A DNA stretch of 63,984 bases, counting the filler, from Octopus bimaculoides (lineage: Eukaryota), in the NCBI RefSeq assembly GCF_001194135.2. It is 8 parts of 7 records of this genome, joined end to end, with 100 filler letters (N's around TTAATTAATTAA, not from the genome) between each part and the next. Parts side by side here need not be neighbours in the genome. Positions count along the whole stretch, not along the records: positions 38,694 to 52,404 come from NC_068984.1; positions 52,505 to 54,435 come from NW_026403788.1; positions 54,536 to 63,984 come from NC_068983.1; 5 more parts are not named here. The stretch is one strand, 5' to 3'. Below the pieces are notes generated by a model. That model saw only the letters and a list, made by a program, of their open reading frames with translations, did not search any database and was not told where the DNA came from. Every line of letters starts with the position of its first letter. Within the stretch, counting starts at the first letter, position 1. Positions 49,261 through 60,525 of the stretch are shown piece by piece. A program made the translations under genes and the position numbers.

Positions 49261-50639
49261 TCTTTCTTTATTAGGCACTACGGCCATAACATACAGGGGG
49301 ACACTACATGGACAGACAACACAAAACGTGCGGTACATAAAACGAATGATGAAATACGAAATGAAATATTTAACAAGGAAAAGATGCAATGGCTTACGAA
49401 CCCCACAAAGCTCGCTGTTCCACTTTACTGTTCCAATTATACATATTAATTATCAGTCTCTTTTGTCTGTTATATATTCCATGAGGTTCTCTAATTCCAT
49501 CACATTGGGAAAACCGTCACATTGTATATATATCCCGGTAGGCCTTATCTTTGCTCCAAATATCTCCTTTAACCTGTCTTTTCTTTCTTCATCCACTAGT
49601 ACCGCTCTTTCCTCTGGTTCGAACATCTCGTAATCCAGTTTAACTCTTATTATGTTTTTCATTTTAGTTAGTCTCTTTTCCACTTCTATATCCTTATCAT
49701 ATCCTATCATTGTTTTTATATATCTACCTGCATTCTGCCCTGTTCTTGCTACGTAATCCATTCTCCTCCTTACTTTCTCTTTCCACTGTTCTTCAGTTCC
49801 TTCCCCCCTGCTCGTTGTTGGCTCTGGTTCCCGCGTTCCAATCTCCATACTCTCCCCCTCCACTGTAACTTGTTTCCTTGTCTACGCCTTTCCTCCCTTG
49901 GGACTCCTTGGCGGAGACTCCACTCTCGTTCCCCTCCTGTCCGGCAGGGTTACGTGTATCAACGCTTCGAGACCAGAACCCCGCCTCCTTCGACCTCTCC
50001 ACCTCTATTATATCTTCCTCCTCCTCGCAGTTGCAGATGATGGCTGCCACCAGCCATGCTTCATCAATCTCTGATGGCACTCTCCCTATGCCAACTCTTG
50101 CGGCACGTCTCCTGCTGCAGGTCGGTAAGAGTGCCCACCTTGTTGGTCTCAAAGGCCTCGTGGCGCGCCTCGCCGCCTCTCCCTCGCTAACGAAACGCAC
50201 CTCCACCGTGCAGTACTTAATGTTGTAACTTCTTCAATCTCTTGTAAACATTTCTCAACTTCTTCGACCTCCGCCACTTCAGACTTTTTGGCTTCTATGT
50301 TAAATGTTCGGTATACTATTCTTTTTTTTCTCTCTGCCCCTTGCAACACGTCGGCTAGCGGTGTTAAGCGGAAGCAACCTCCCTCCTTCACAACTAGTCC
50401 ACTATATTCTTTAAAATCTCTTCCTTCCGTCTCAACTTGCCTTAGCTGCAACATGTTGGGTGCCGGTCTATCGCCCGCCACCGCAGCATAGCTGCCAGCT
50501 TCCCTGTCCAACAATGGGTAGAAAAAACAAATTCAACAATAGTTCAATTAACGATCCAACGACAATATCAACAATTTCAATAACAGTTTCAAAAATCAAT
50601 TTTCACAACTCATCGCTCGGAGACCTCGACGTCTAGACT
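49261..50639 (-). mobile_element. ORF1-only element, unit F (sister of unit A)
   Basis: The 5'UTR and ORF pieces (LLDREAGSYAAVAG..., IRVKLDYEMFEPEERAVL...ELENLMEY*) are colinear with unit A. The 3' end reads GTGCCTAATAAAGAAAGA. Confidence 0.85.
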
Positions 50640-51201
50640 TCTCCCTCTATATCTACGTATTGGGCTAGCCTACTTCACCGGCTGGGGACGTCAATACAAT
50701 AATTTGCAAATGGAGAAACCTTGAATGAAAAATTGAAAGACTTTTATCGAGTAGCTGGCGCGTGTGTATACTTATTGAAGCGCTTGGCTTTTACGCACAG
50801 TAATAGTCCTTGATATTATAACATATTTTATAATATAGAGAAAAAAATTAGATATCTTGTATTAATTTTTTTCCTTAATTGGTTTACACTCTGGCTACCC
50901 TATAAAATCGTATATGGATTTTATCCTTATATTTTATTTACAAATATTGAACCGGAATATATTCAGTAGAGAATTATTTCGATTATACACACGTGATGAG
51001 ATGAACTAGGCAGAGATGACTTTAATTGGATTTATAAGTGTAAACATTTATATATTTTCTACTGGATGCGTTGTGTTCGTTTGATATATACAGATGTTTA
51101 TATTGTTTATATATCTGTTTTTCCCGGTTATGTTCTTACTGATGAGTGGAGAACATGGTAATACATGATAACAAGAAATCATTAATGGCATACGACTAAA
51201 G

Positions 51202-51233
<32 letters not shown>

Positions 51234-51732
51234 NNNNNNNNNNNNNNNNNNNNNNNNNNNNNNNNNNNNNNNNNNNNNNNNNNNNNNNNNNNNNNNNNNN
51301 NNNNNNNNNNNNNNNNNNNNNNNNNNNNNNNNNNNNNNNNNNNNNNNNNNNNNNNNNNNNNNNNNNNNNNNNNNNNNNNNNNNNNNNNNNNNNNNNNNNN
51401 NNNNNNNNNNNNNNNNNNNNNNNNNNNNNNNNNNNNNNNNNNNNNNNNNNNNNNNNNNNNNNNNNNNNNNNNNNNNNNNNNNNNNNNNNNNNNNNNNNNN
51501 NNNNNNNNNNNNNNNNNNNNNNNNNNNNNNNNNNNNNNNNNNNNNNNNNNNNNNNNNNNNNNNNNNNNNNNNNNNNNNNNNNNNNNNNNNNNNNNNNNNN
51601 NNNNNNNNNNNNNNNNNNNNNNNNNNNNNNNNNNNNNNNNNNNNNNNNNNNNNNNNNNNNNNNNNNNNNNNNNNNNNNNNNNNNNNNNNNNNNNNNNNNN
51701 NNNNNNNATATATATATATATATATATATATA

Positions 51733-52284
51733 CAGTGTACATTTAAACACATAAGAGGTATCCATCATAGGACTATCTGCACGCTAGAGAGGACAGTTAA
51801 ATTCCAAATCACTATTCAGTACAGTGTACACTGTATTTATATGAATAATGTATAATCTATTGACTAAATTTTTACTCGCTAGGCCACTGGTAATGGAAAT
51901 TTCTAATATTTCAGATTACCTTTTTGATATTATTAAGTATTGATATTTTTTTTTTTTAATAATTTTCGAAAGGAAAAAGCCGGCATATTTATTTACTGCC
52001 GACAAGGAGCTGCGCTTGTGCGGTAGATTTGAAAAATTAGAATGTATAAGCACGAGGCATATACTGGATTGCCTCGTGTATATATATTTAATCTAGGGTG
52101 TACCTGCTGATGTAGGCTTCGCCTAGCAAATTATTTTACTTGCTAAAAAGGTTTGAAACCATTTGGTCCAGTGAGTTAGATGGTAAATGTTTTTATTTTT
52201 CATTCCCTTCTATATTTTATCCCTAATAGTGGTAGTGCAGGTAGTCCTATGAAAGAAACCTCTTATGTGTTTAAATGTACACTG
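51733..52284. mobile_element. Tc1/mariner-type MITE with ~52-bp TIRs and TA TSD
   Basis: Left TA|CAGTGTACATTTAAACACATAAGAGGTATCCATCATAGGACTATCTGCAC versus the reverse complement of the right end TA|CAGTGTACATTTAAACACATAAGAGGTTTCTTTCATAGGACTACCTGCAC. Confidence 0.85.
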
Positions 52285-52504
52285 TATTTATATGAATAAT
52301 ATATAGTCTATTGACTAAATTTTTACGCGCTAGGCCACTAGTAATGGAAATTTCTAATATTTCAGATTATCCTTTGATATTATTAATTATATATATGCAT
52401 ATATNNNNNNNNNNNNNNNNNNNNNNNNNNNNNNNNNNNNNNNNNNNNTTAATTAATTAANNNNNNNNNNNNNNNNNNNNNNNNNNNNNNNNNNNNNNNN
52501 NNNN

Positions 52505-54435
52505 TACATACGTACGAATGAACGACTAAACGAAAGAACGAACGTACGTACGTAAGTACGAAAGAACAAACGAATGATCGAACGAACGAACGAACGTAGG
52601 AATGAAGGAACGAACGAACGAGCGAACAAACGAACGAACGTATGAAGGAACGAACGAACAATCGAACAAACGAACAATCGAACGAACGACCGAACGTACG
52701 TACGAAGGAACGAAAGAAGAAACGAACGATCGACCGAACGTACGTATGTACGTTCGTAGCTATGTACTTACATACGTACCTACGAACGAACGAACGAACA
52801 AAATGGAGGAAGGAACAAAATAACGTATGAACGAAACTACGTAGGTACGTACTTACGTACATACGTACGAATGAACGACCAAACGAAAGAACGAACGTAC
52901 GTACGTACGTACGAAACAACAAACGAACAATCGAACGAACGAATGAACGGAAGAACGAACGAACGAACGAACGAACGAACGAACGGCCGAATGAACGACA
53001 GAACGAACGAACGAGCGACCGAACGAACAAATGAACAAACGAACGAACGAAGGTACGTACGTAAGTAATTACGAAAGAACGAACGAACGAAATAAAGATT
53101 CAACGAACGTACGTACGAACGACAGAACGAATGANNNNNNNNNNNNNNNNNNNNNNNNNNNNNNNNNNNNNNNNNNNNNNNNNNNNNNNNNNNNNNNNNN
53201 NNNNNNNNNNNNNNNNNNNNNNNNNNNNNNNNNNNNNNNNNNNNNNNNNNNNNNNNNNNNNNNNNNNNNNNNNNNNNNNNNNNNNNNNNNNNNNNNNNNN
53301 NNNNNNNNNNNNNNNNNNNNNNNNNNNNNNNNNNNNNNNNNNNNNNNNNNNNNNNNNNNNNNNNNNNNNNNNNNNNNNNNNNNNNNNNNNNNNNNNNNNN
53401 NNNNNNNNNNNNNNNNNNNNNNNNNNNNNNNNNNNNNNNNNNNNNNNNNNNNNNNNNNNNNNNNNNNNNNNNNNNNNNNNNNNNNNNNNNNNNNNNNNNN
53501 NNNNNNNNNNNNNNNNNNNNNNNNNNNNNNNNNNNNNNNNNNNNNNNNNNNNNNNNNNNNNNNNNNNNNNNNNNNNNNNNNNNNNNNNNNNNNNNNNNNN
53601 NNNNNNNNNNNNNNNNNNNNNNNNNNNNNNNNNNNNNNNNNNNNNNNNNNNNNNNNNNNNNNNNNNNNNNNNNNNNNNNNNNNNNNNNNNNNNNNNNNNN
53701 NNCGTACGTACGTAGGAATGAAGGAACGAACGAACGAACGAACAAAATGAGGGAAGGCACAAAATTACGTACGAACGAACGTAGGTAGGTACGTACGTAC
53801 GTACGTACATACGTACGAATGAACGACCAAACGAAAGAACGAACGTACGTACGTACGTACGAAACAACAAACGAACAATCGAACGAACGAATGAACGGAA
53901 GAACGAACGAACGAACGGACGGTCGAATGAACGACAGAACGAACGAAAGATCGAACGAACGAACGAGCGAATGAACGAACAAATGAACAAACGATCGAAC
54001 GAAGGTACGTACGTACGAAAGTACGAAAGAAAGAACGAACGAAATAAAGATTCAACGAAAGTACGTACATTCGTACGTACAAACGACAGAACGAATGAAC
54101 GAACGAACGAACGAACGTACGTACGTACATTCATTCGTTCGGTTCGTACGAGTGAACGAATTAACCAACGAACGAACGAAAGAACGAACGTACGTACGTA
54201 AGAACGAATGAACGAACGAACGAACGAACGTAGGAATGAAGGAAGGAACGAACGAACGAGCGAACGAACGAACGTATGAAGGAACGAACGAACAATCGAA
54301 CGAACGACCGAACGTAAGTACGAAGGAACGAAAGAAGAAACGAACGAACCACCGAACGTACGTACATACATACGTACCTACGAACGTACGAACGAACAAA
54401 ATGAGGGAAGGAACAAAATTACGTACGAACGAACA
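52505..54435. repeat. CpG-rich (AACG)n/(TACG)n mosaic satellite with higher-order repeats
   Basis: 4-nt periodicity. Landmark ACAAAATG.G.GAAGG.ACAAAAT at ~52797, ~53742 and ~54397; GAAATAAAGATTCAACGAA at ~53089 and ~54041. Partly gapped. Confidence 0.9.
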
Positions 54436-54556
54436 NNNNNNNNNNNNNNNNNNNNNNNNNNNNNNNNNNNNNNNNNNNNTTAATTAATTAANNNNNNNNN
54501 NNNNNNNNNNNNNNNNNNNNNNNNNNNNNNNNNNNATATATATATATATATATATA

Positions 54557-54720
54557 TATACGACGGGCTTCTTTCAGTTTCCGTCTACCAAATTCACTCA
54601 CAAGGCTTTGGTCGGCCCGAGGCTATAGTAGAAGACACTTGCCAAAAGTGCCACGAGTGGGACTGAACCCGGAACCATGTGGTTGGTAAGCAAGCTACTT
54701 ACCACACAGCCACTCCTACA
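54557..54720 (-). mobile_element. S1 SINE 5' half, well preserved
   Basis: Close reverse-complement match to 599-770. Confidence 0.9.
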
Positions 54721-54932
54721 TATACACATACATACATATGTACATATTGTGTGTGTGTGTGTGCGTGTGTATGTGTGTGTGTACGTATGAATGCATGTAT
54801 GTTTTTATATGTATATTCATACATGCACACATGCATACAAACTTGAATGTGTGTGTATGTGTGCAGAAATTGAATTTAATACGTATATCAATTATAAATG
54901 TTCTATGTACACACACACACACACACACAAAC

Positions 54933-55410
54933 ATACGACGGGCTCCTTTCAGTTTCCGACAACCAAATCCACACACAGTGCTCGGGCTGCGGCTATAGTA
55001 GAAAACACTTGCTCAAGGTGCCTCGCAGTGGGATGTAACCAGGAACTATGCGTAGCACCTTGGGCAAGTGTCTTCTACTATAGCCTCGGGCCGACCAAAG
55101 CCTTGCGAATGGATTTGGTAGACGGAAACTAGAAGAAGCCCGTCGTATATGTACATATATATATGTTTGTGTGTGTGTGTATGTGTGTGTGTGTATGTTC
55201 GTGTGTATGTTTGTCCCCCCAGCATCGCTTGACAACCGATGATGGTGTGTTTGCGTCCCCGTAACTTAGCAGTTCGGCCAAAGAGACCGATAGAATAAGT
55301 ACTAGGCTTACAAAGAATAGGCTCTGGGGTAGATTTACTCGACTATAAAGACGGTGCTCCAGCATGGCCACAGTCAAATGACTGAAACAAGTAAAGAGTA
55401 AACGAGTAAG
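54933..55410. mobile_element. Head-to-head S1 pair: minus fragment 54933-55040 plus a headless plus copy 55055-55410
   Basis: Inverted arms 54933-55021 and 55055-55148 with a 33-nt spacer; the plus copy continues to the GACTGAAACAAGTAAAGAG tail. Confidence 0.85.
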
Positions 55411-56395
55411 AGTAAATATATATATACCCATATATCCATACATGACTATATTTATGTGTATGTATGTATGTATGTATGTATGTATAAATGTGTAAATATA
55501 TATGTGTATATATATATATATATATATNNNNNNNNNNNNNNNNNNNNNNNNNNNNNNNNNNNNNNNNNNNNNNNNNNNNNNNNNNNNNNNNNNNNNNNNN
55601 NNNNNNNNNNNNNNNNNNNNNNNNNNNNNNNNNNNNNNNNNNNNNNNNNNNNNNNNNNNNNNNNNNNNNNNNNNNNNNNNNNNNNNNNNNNNNNNNNNNN
55701 NNNNNNNNNNNNNNNNNNNNNNNNNNNNNNNNNNNNNNNNNNNNNNNNNNNNNNNNNNNNNNNNNNNNNNNNNNNNNNNNNNNNNNNNNNNNNNNNNNNN
55801 NNNNNNNNNNNNNNNNNNNNNNNNNNNNNNNNNNNNNNNNNNNNNNNNNNNNNNNNNNNNNNNNNNNNNNNNNNNNNNNNNNNNNNNNNNNNNNNNNNNN
55901 NNNNNNNNNNNNNNNNNNNNNNNNNNNNNNNNNNNNNNNNNNNNNNNNNNNNNNNNNNNNNNNNNNNNNNNNNNNNNNNNNNNNNNNNNNNNNNNNNNNN
56001 NNNNNNNNNNNNNNNNNNNNNNNNNNNNNNNNNNNNNNNNNNNNNNNNNNNNNNNNNNNNNNNNNNNNNNNNNNNNNNNNNNNNNNNNNNNNNNNNNNNN
56101 NNNNNNNNNNNNNNNNNNNNNNNNNNNNNNNNNNNNNNNNNNNNNNNNNNNNNNNNNNNNNNNNNNNNNNNNNNNNNNNNNNNNNNNNNNNNNNNNNNNN
56201 NNNNNNNNTATACTTATATACATGCATGCAAACATACATCTATACATTCATACATGCATACATACTACACGTACACGCAAACACAAAAACACAAACACAT
56301 ATATACAGTATAAACATACACATATTCTACATGTATGTGTATGTTTATATATACATATATGTATATGTATGCATATGTGTGTATGTATGTGTGTC

Positions 56396-56429
<34 letters not shown>

Positions 56430-57269
56430 CATACACACCGCTTGTATTAGTTTAGTATGTAGCGAAACTCCAGGACTTCATGTCACTCCTACAGCAACCT
56501 CGACTAATAACATATTCTGTATACGTTTGATTGAAACTGCTGGTACATATGCCCGCACATGCGCATGAGGAGGGCGTATTTTCTATTGATATATATATAT
56601 ATAATTTCACGTGTGTGCTTATGCGCGTGCGTGAATATGTGTCGTGTATACGAGTGTTATTATGTAGTTTCGTATGGAATTCGGAATTCGTAGTTAAAGC
56701 GGTTATCGCCGCACACGAAAAAGAAAAAGAAAAAAAAAAAAGAATAGAAAGAAAAGAAAAGAAGAAAAATTATAAAGATATAAATAAATGAATAAGCACA
56801 TATGAGTAGAGTAAGGTTTGAAAGTGTTTTTGCATGTCAAATTTAGTTGAATGGAAAGTAGGCCGGTTTGGTGATAATAAAGATCGCAGCGATCCGGGTT
56901 GGTCTCTCCATGTTGGCTGCCAGATACTGGAGCACTCACGGTATAATTTTCTTATCTAAAGCATCTAAGCATCTAGGTTCTTGCTGGGATTTATTTGGGT
57001 TTTTTTTTTCAGTTTTCTATTTTGGCTTTGCATCCATGTTTTTAATTTTCTGTATATATTTGCTTTTCCTTTCTTTGCTTCTTTTTTTTCTGGCTTTTCG
57101 TCTTTTTTTTCTCGTAATCTTTCCAAGATAAAGAAAATAATTCAAACTACCTGGACCTAAATGAGGGCGACAAATATTTGAAATAAATATATAAATTTAC
57201 TTTTGAGTATAAGCAAATGCACTGTATAGTAATGTAGACCGAGAGCAGAATGCGGCGATTCGACAGAAT

Positions 57270-57480
57270 CAGTAGAATGTCTGAGATAAAAGCACTGCGG
57301 TATCTGTTACGATTCTCTGCTCGATGAGTTCAAATCCTGCAGTGGTCAACTTTGAATTTCATTCTTTCGGGTTCGATAAAAGAAGTATCTCTTCCAACTA
57401 TCTGCTCTCTCAGTTCAAATCTCACCGAAGTCACCTTTGTCTTTCATCCTTTCGGGGTTGAAGTTTGTTTCCCAACCACG
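57270..57480 (+). mobile_element. Two degraded S2 fragments
   Basis: GAGTTCAAATCCTGCAGTGGTCAACTTTG...TTCTTTCGGGTTCGATAAAA, and CAGTTCAAATCTCACCGAAGTCACCTTTGTCTTTCATCCTTTCGGGGTTGA. Confidence 0.7.
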
Positions 57481-57519
57481 TTTTCAGGTTCAGTCTCAAC
57501 TTGAGCAAGGGAATTCTGG

Positions 57520-58090
57520 TCGCATGCATAGCTGGTTGGTAAGAAGTTTACTTCTCAACCACATGGTTTCGGGTTCAATTCCAATGGGTGACACTTTGGG
57601 CCTGTGTCTTCTAGGTGCACGCATACCTGTGGGATAAGCAGTTTTCTTTCTAACCACAAGGTTTTGGGTTCAGTCTCAGTGCGTGGCACTTTGGGCAAGT
57701 GTATACTAGGCGCAAGGATAGCTGTGAGCTAAGAAGTTTGCATCTCAATCAATTGAATTCGGGTTCAATCCCGCTGCGTGGCACCTTATGCCAGTGTCTT
57801 CTACTATTGCTTCAAGCCGACCAAATTCTCGAGATTGGATTTGGTTGGTGGAAAATGAAAGAAAGCCATCGTATATACACATGTGTATATGTATGTGTGT
57901 GTGTTTTTGTGTTTGTATCTATCCTCTAACCGCTTGACAACCGGTATTGGTTTGTTTAAGGCCCTGTAACCTAGCATTTGGGTATAATGAATCGATAGAA
58001 TAAGTACTAGACTTTAAAAGTAAGGACCGAGATCGATTTGCTTGATTAAAACCATTCAAAGTGGTGCCCCAGCATAGCTGCAGTCCAATG
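57520..58090 (+). mobile_element. Two tandem 95-bp S1 heads followed by a full S1 copy
   Basis: Heads at 57520-57614 and 57615-57709 both end in CTAG; the third copy starts GCGCAAGG at 57710 and runs to the CAGCATAGCTGCAGTC tail region. Confidence 0.75.
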
Positions 58091-59152
58091 TAACAGATAA
58101 AAAGGAATTCTTGGAAATAAAATTATGGGAACTGAAAAAAAAACCATCATTGAATCGGATTCCTAGGGGTTTACTGCTGTTTGAGTTTCCAGTTCGAACC
58201 CCACCATAGCCTAGTTTGCGAGGCAGGCTTAATCCGTCACCCAGTCAAACACCACAACCTGATACTGGTTGACTTTACCGAATTCATTTTTTTTTTGGGG
58301 GGGGGGGTTCTGTGCAAATACTTGGACCAGGTTCCAGCTTGAAAATATTTACACCCTTTCCATGCCTTACACTCGGAGGCCTTGTAAAGAATCACACTTG
58401 TTGTTTAGACACAACTCTACTCTGATCGAACAGACAACAACGACATTTCAATTGTGATGACCCTGCCATTTTTTCTGCTTCAAACATGCTGTAGACAGTA
58501 GCCCATGTAATATTCTTTTCTTTGTAAGATTGCAATGATGATGATGGTGATGATGATGACGATGACTGTGAAGAGGAAAAAGATACAGAAATAACATCAA
58601 CGACTAGGAAATTGAGGATAACGAGAAGCGAAGATGCGGACGAACAGGTGATTACAATGGTAACGACGACGTTGTTATTTAACCCCAAATAAGCCCCGAA
58701 CGAGCAGTCCAATGATCAAAGACATTCTAGTCAGAAAAAACATCTTATTTTGAAGAACATGTAACTAATGCTTCTTGCCCTTTTTTTTTTACAGGCGTTA
58801 AGATACCGTTTGAAGATGTGACTATGATTTCTAGCAAATCTTATGATTCTTAGCACAGCTTAAAATTTGACTTTTTAAAAAATTTCTTTTTCTTTGCCCC
58901 ATTTGTTGTAACTGTCAACATACGTAATGGTGCCTTGACGCCTGTTTCTTTGTTAGTTGCTTGTTGACATGTAGGGAGTGACTTCCAATAAAAGGGAAAA
59001 TAAAGAGAACTTCGCGTGACGACACTTACGCACAACCATTTGTATAATAGTGACGACAATGAAAATAATAGTATTGGGACTGAGGGATGATGACGATGAG
59101 GAGGAAGAAGAAGAAGACGACTGCGATGACGCTGATGCACTAAAGAAATATA

Positions 59153-59205
<53 letters not shown>

Positions 59206-59903
59206 NNNNNNNNNNNNNNNNNNNNNNNNNNNNNNNNNNNNNNNNNNNNNNNNNNNNNNNNNNNNNNNNNNNNNNNNNNNNNNNNNNNNNNNNNNNNNNN
59301 NNNNNNNNNNNNNNNNNNNNNNNNNNNNNNNNNNNNNNNNNNNNNNNNNNNNNNNNNNNNNNNNNNNNNNNNNNNNNNNNNNNNNNNNNNNNNNNNNNNN
59401 NNNNNNNNNNNNNNNNNNNNNNNNNNNNNNNNNNNNNNTATATATATATATATATATATACACATATATATGTTACCATACGTTTAACCAAGCCCTCCCA
59501 GTCTGGTGATGAAGTCAAACTTCAGTAAATCGAGACTTCAACAGGAAGAAAATAATAAAAATAAAAAAAAGAAAAGAAAAGAAAGCGTGGGTGAGAATTA
59601 GGAGTTCCAAGTGAGCTGCAATCTCTGCAGGAAGGATTAGGTTCTGGTGTCTAGTGCAAATTGTTGAAGGTGACACACAGAAGATGTGACGAAAGGAGTT
59701 GTCATCAAGTGCAATATTTCGCAACTGCAAGGGAATTTTGAAAATGAAATAATGATGTTTACGTACGAAATGTAATAATAATTAGCTTGTGAGTTTGTTC
59801 GGCCTTAACAAAAATAAGACAACGCTGGAACAGGAGGTTGTGAAACACTAAAGAGCAACTGTGTGAAACAAAAGAAAACATTTTAACTTGATTTCACATA
59901 ATA

Positions 59904-59938
<35 letters not shown>

Positions 59939-60301
59939 ATGAGAGAGAGAGAGAGAGAGGGAAGAGATGACAAAGGAATAAGCTATTCTCTTATGAACTT
60001 CATTAGCTAAGTCGTTTATTCCTATTTCATCGCTTTTCTTACCGCTTTTTACTCGACTAACGATTCGTTCAAAAGCATATGCATACTGAATTCTACAAGG
60101 TTATTAGTTGTCTCAATGCCTAAGCGCAATTATATATATATTTATGCGCGCGCGCGCGTGTACGTGTGTGTGTGTGTGATAATAAAACGAATGTTTTATA
60201 CTTGATAGCATATCAAGGTCACTTTCACAGTGTCCGTTTTGCAACTGGTTAATGAGAGACGGAAGATGGAATATACGAGAGTTTTTATTAATCACTAACT
60301 T

Positions 60302-60525
60302 AAGGCGGCGAACTGGCAGAAACGTTAGCACGCCGGGCGAAATGCATAGCGGTATTTCGTCTGCCGTTACGTTCTGAGTTCAAATTCCGCCCAGGTCGAC
60401 TTTGCCTTTCATCCTTTCGGGGTCGATAAATTAAGTACCAGTTACGCACTGGGGTCGTTGTAATCGACTTAATCCCTTGTTTGTCCCCTTTATGTTTAGC
60501 CCCTTGTGGGCAATAATGAAATAAG
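60302..60525 (+). mobile_element. S2 SINE, full length, tail type a
   Basis: AAGGCGGCGAACTGGCAGAAACGTTAGCACG...GAGTTCAAATTCCGCCCAGGTCGACTTTGCCTTTCATCCTTTCGGGGTCGATAAATTAAGTACCAGTT...TTGTCCCCTTTATGTTTAGCCCCTTGTGGGCAATAATGAAATAAG. Confidence 0.92.
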
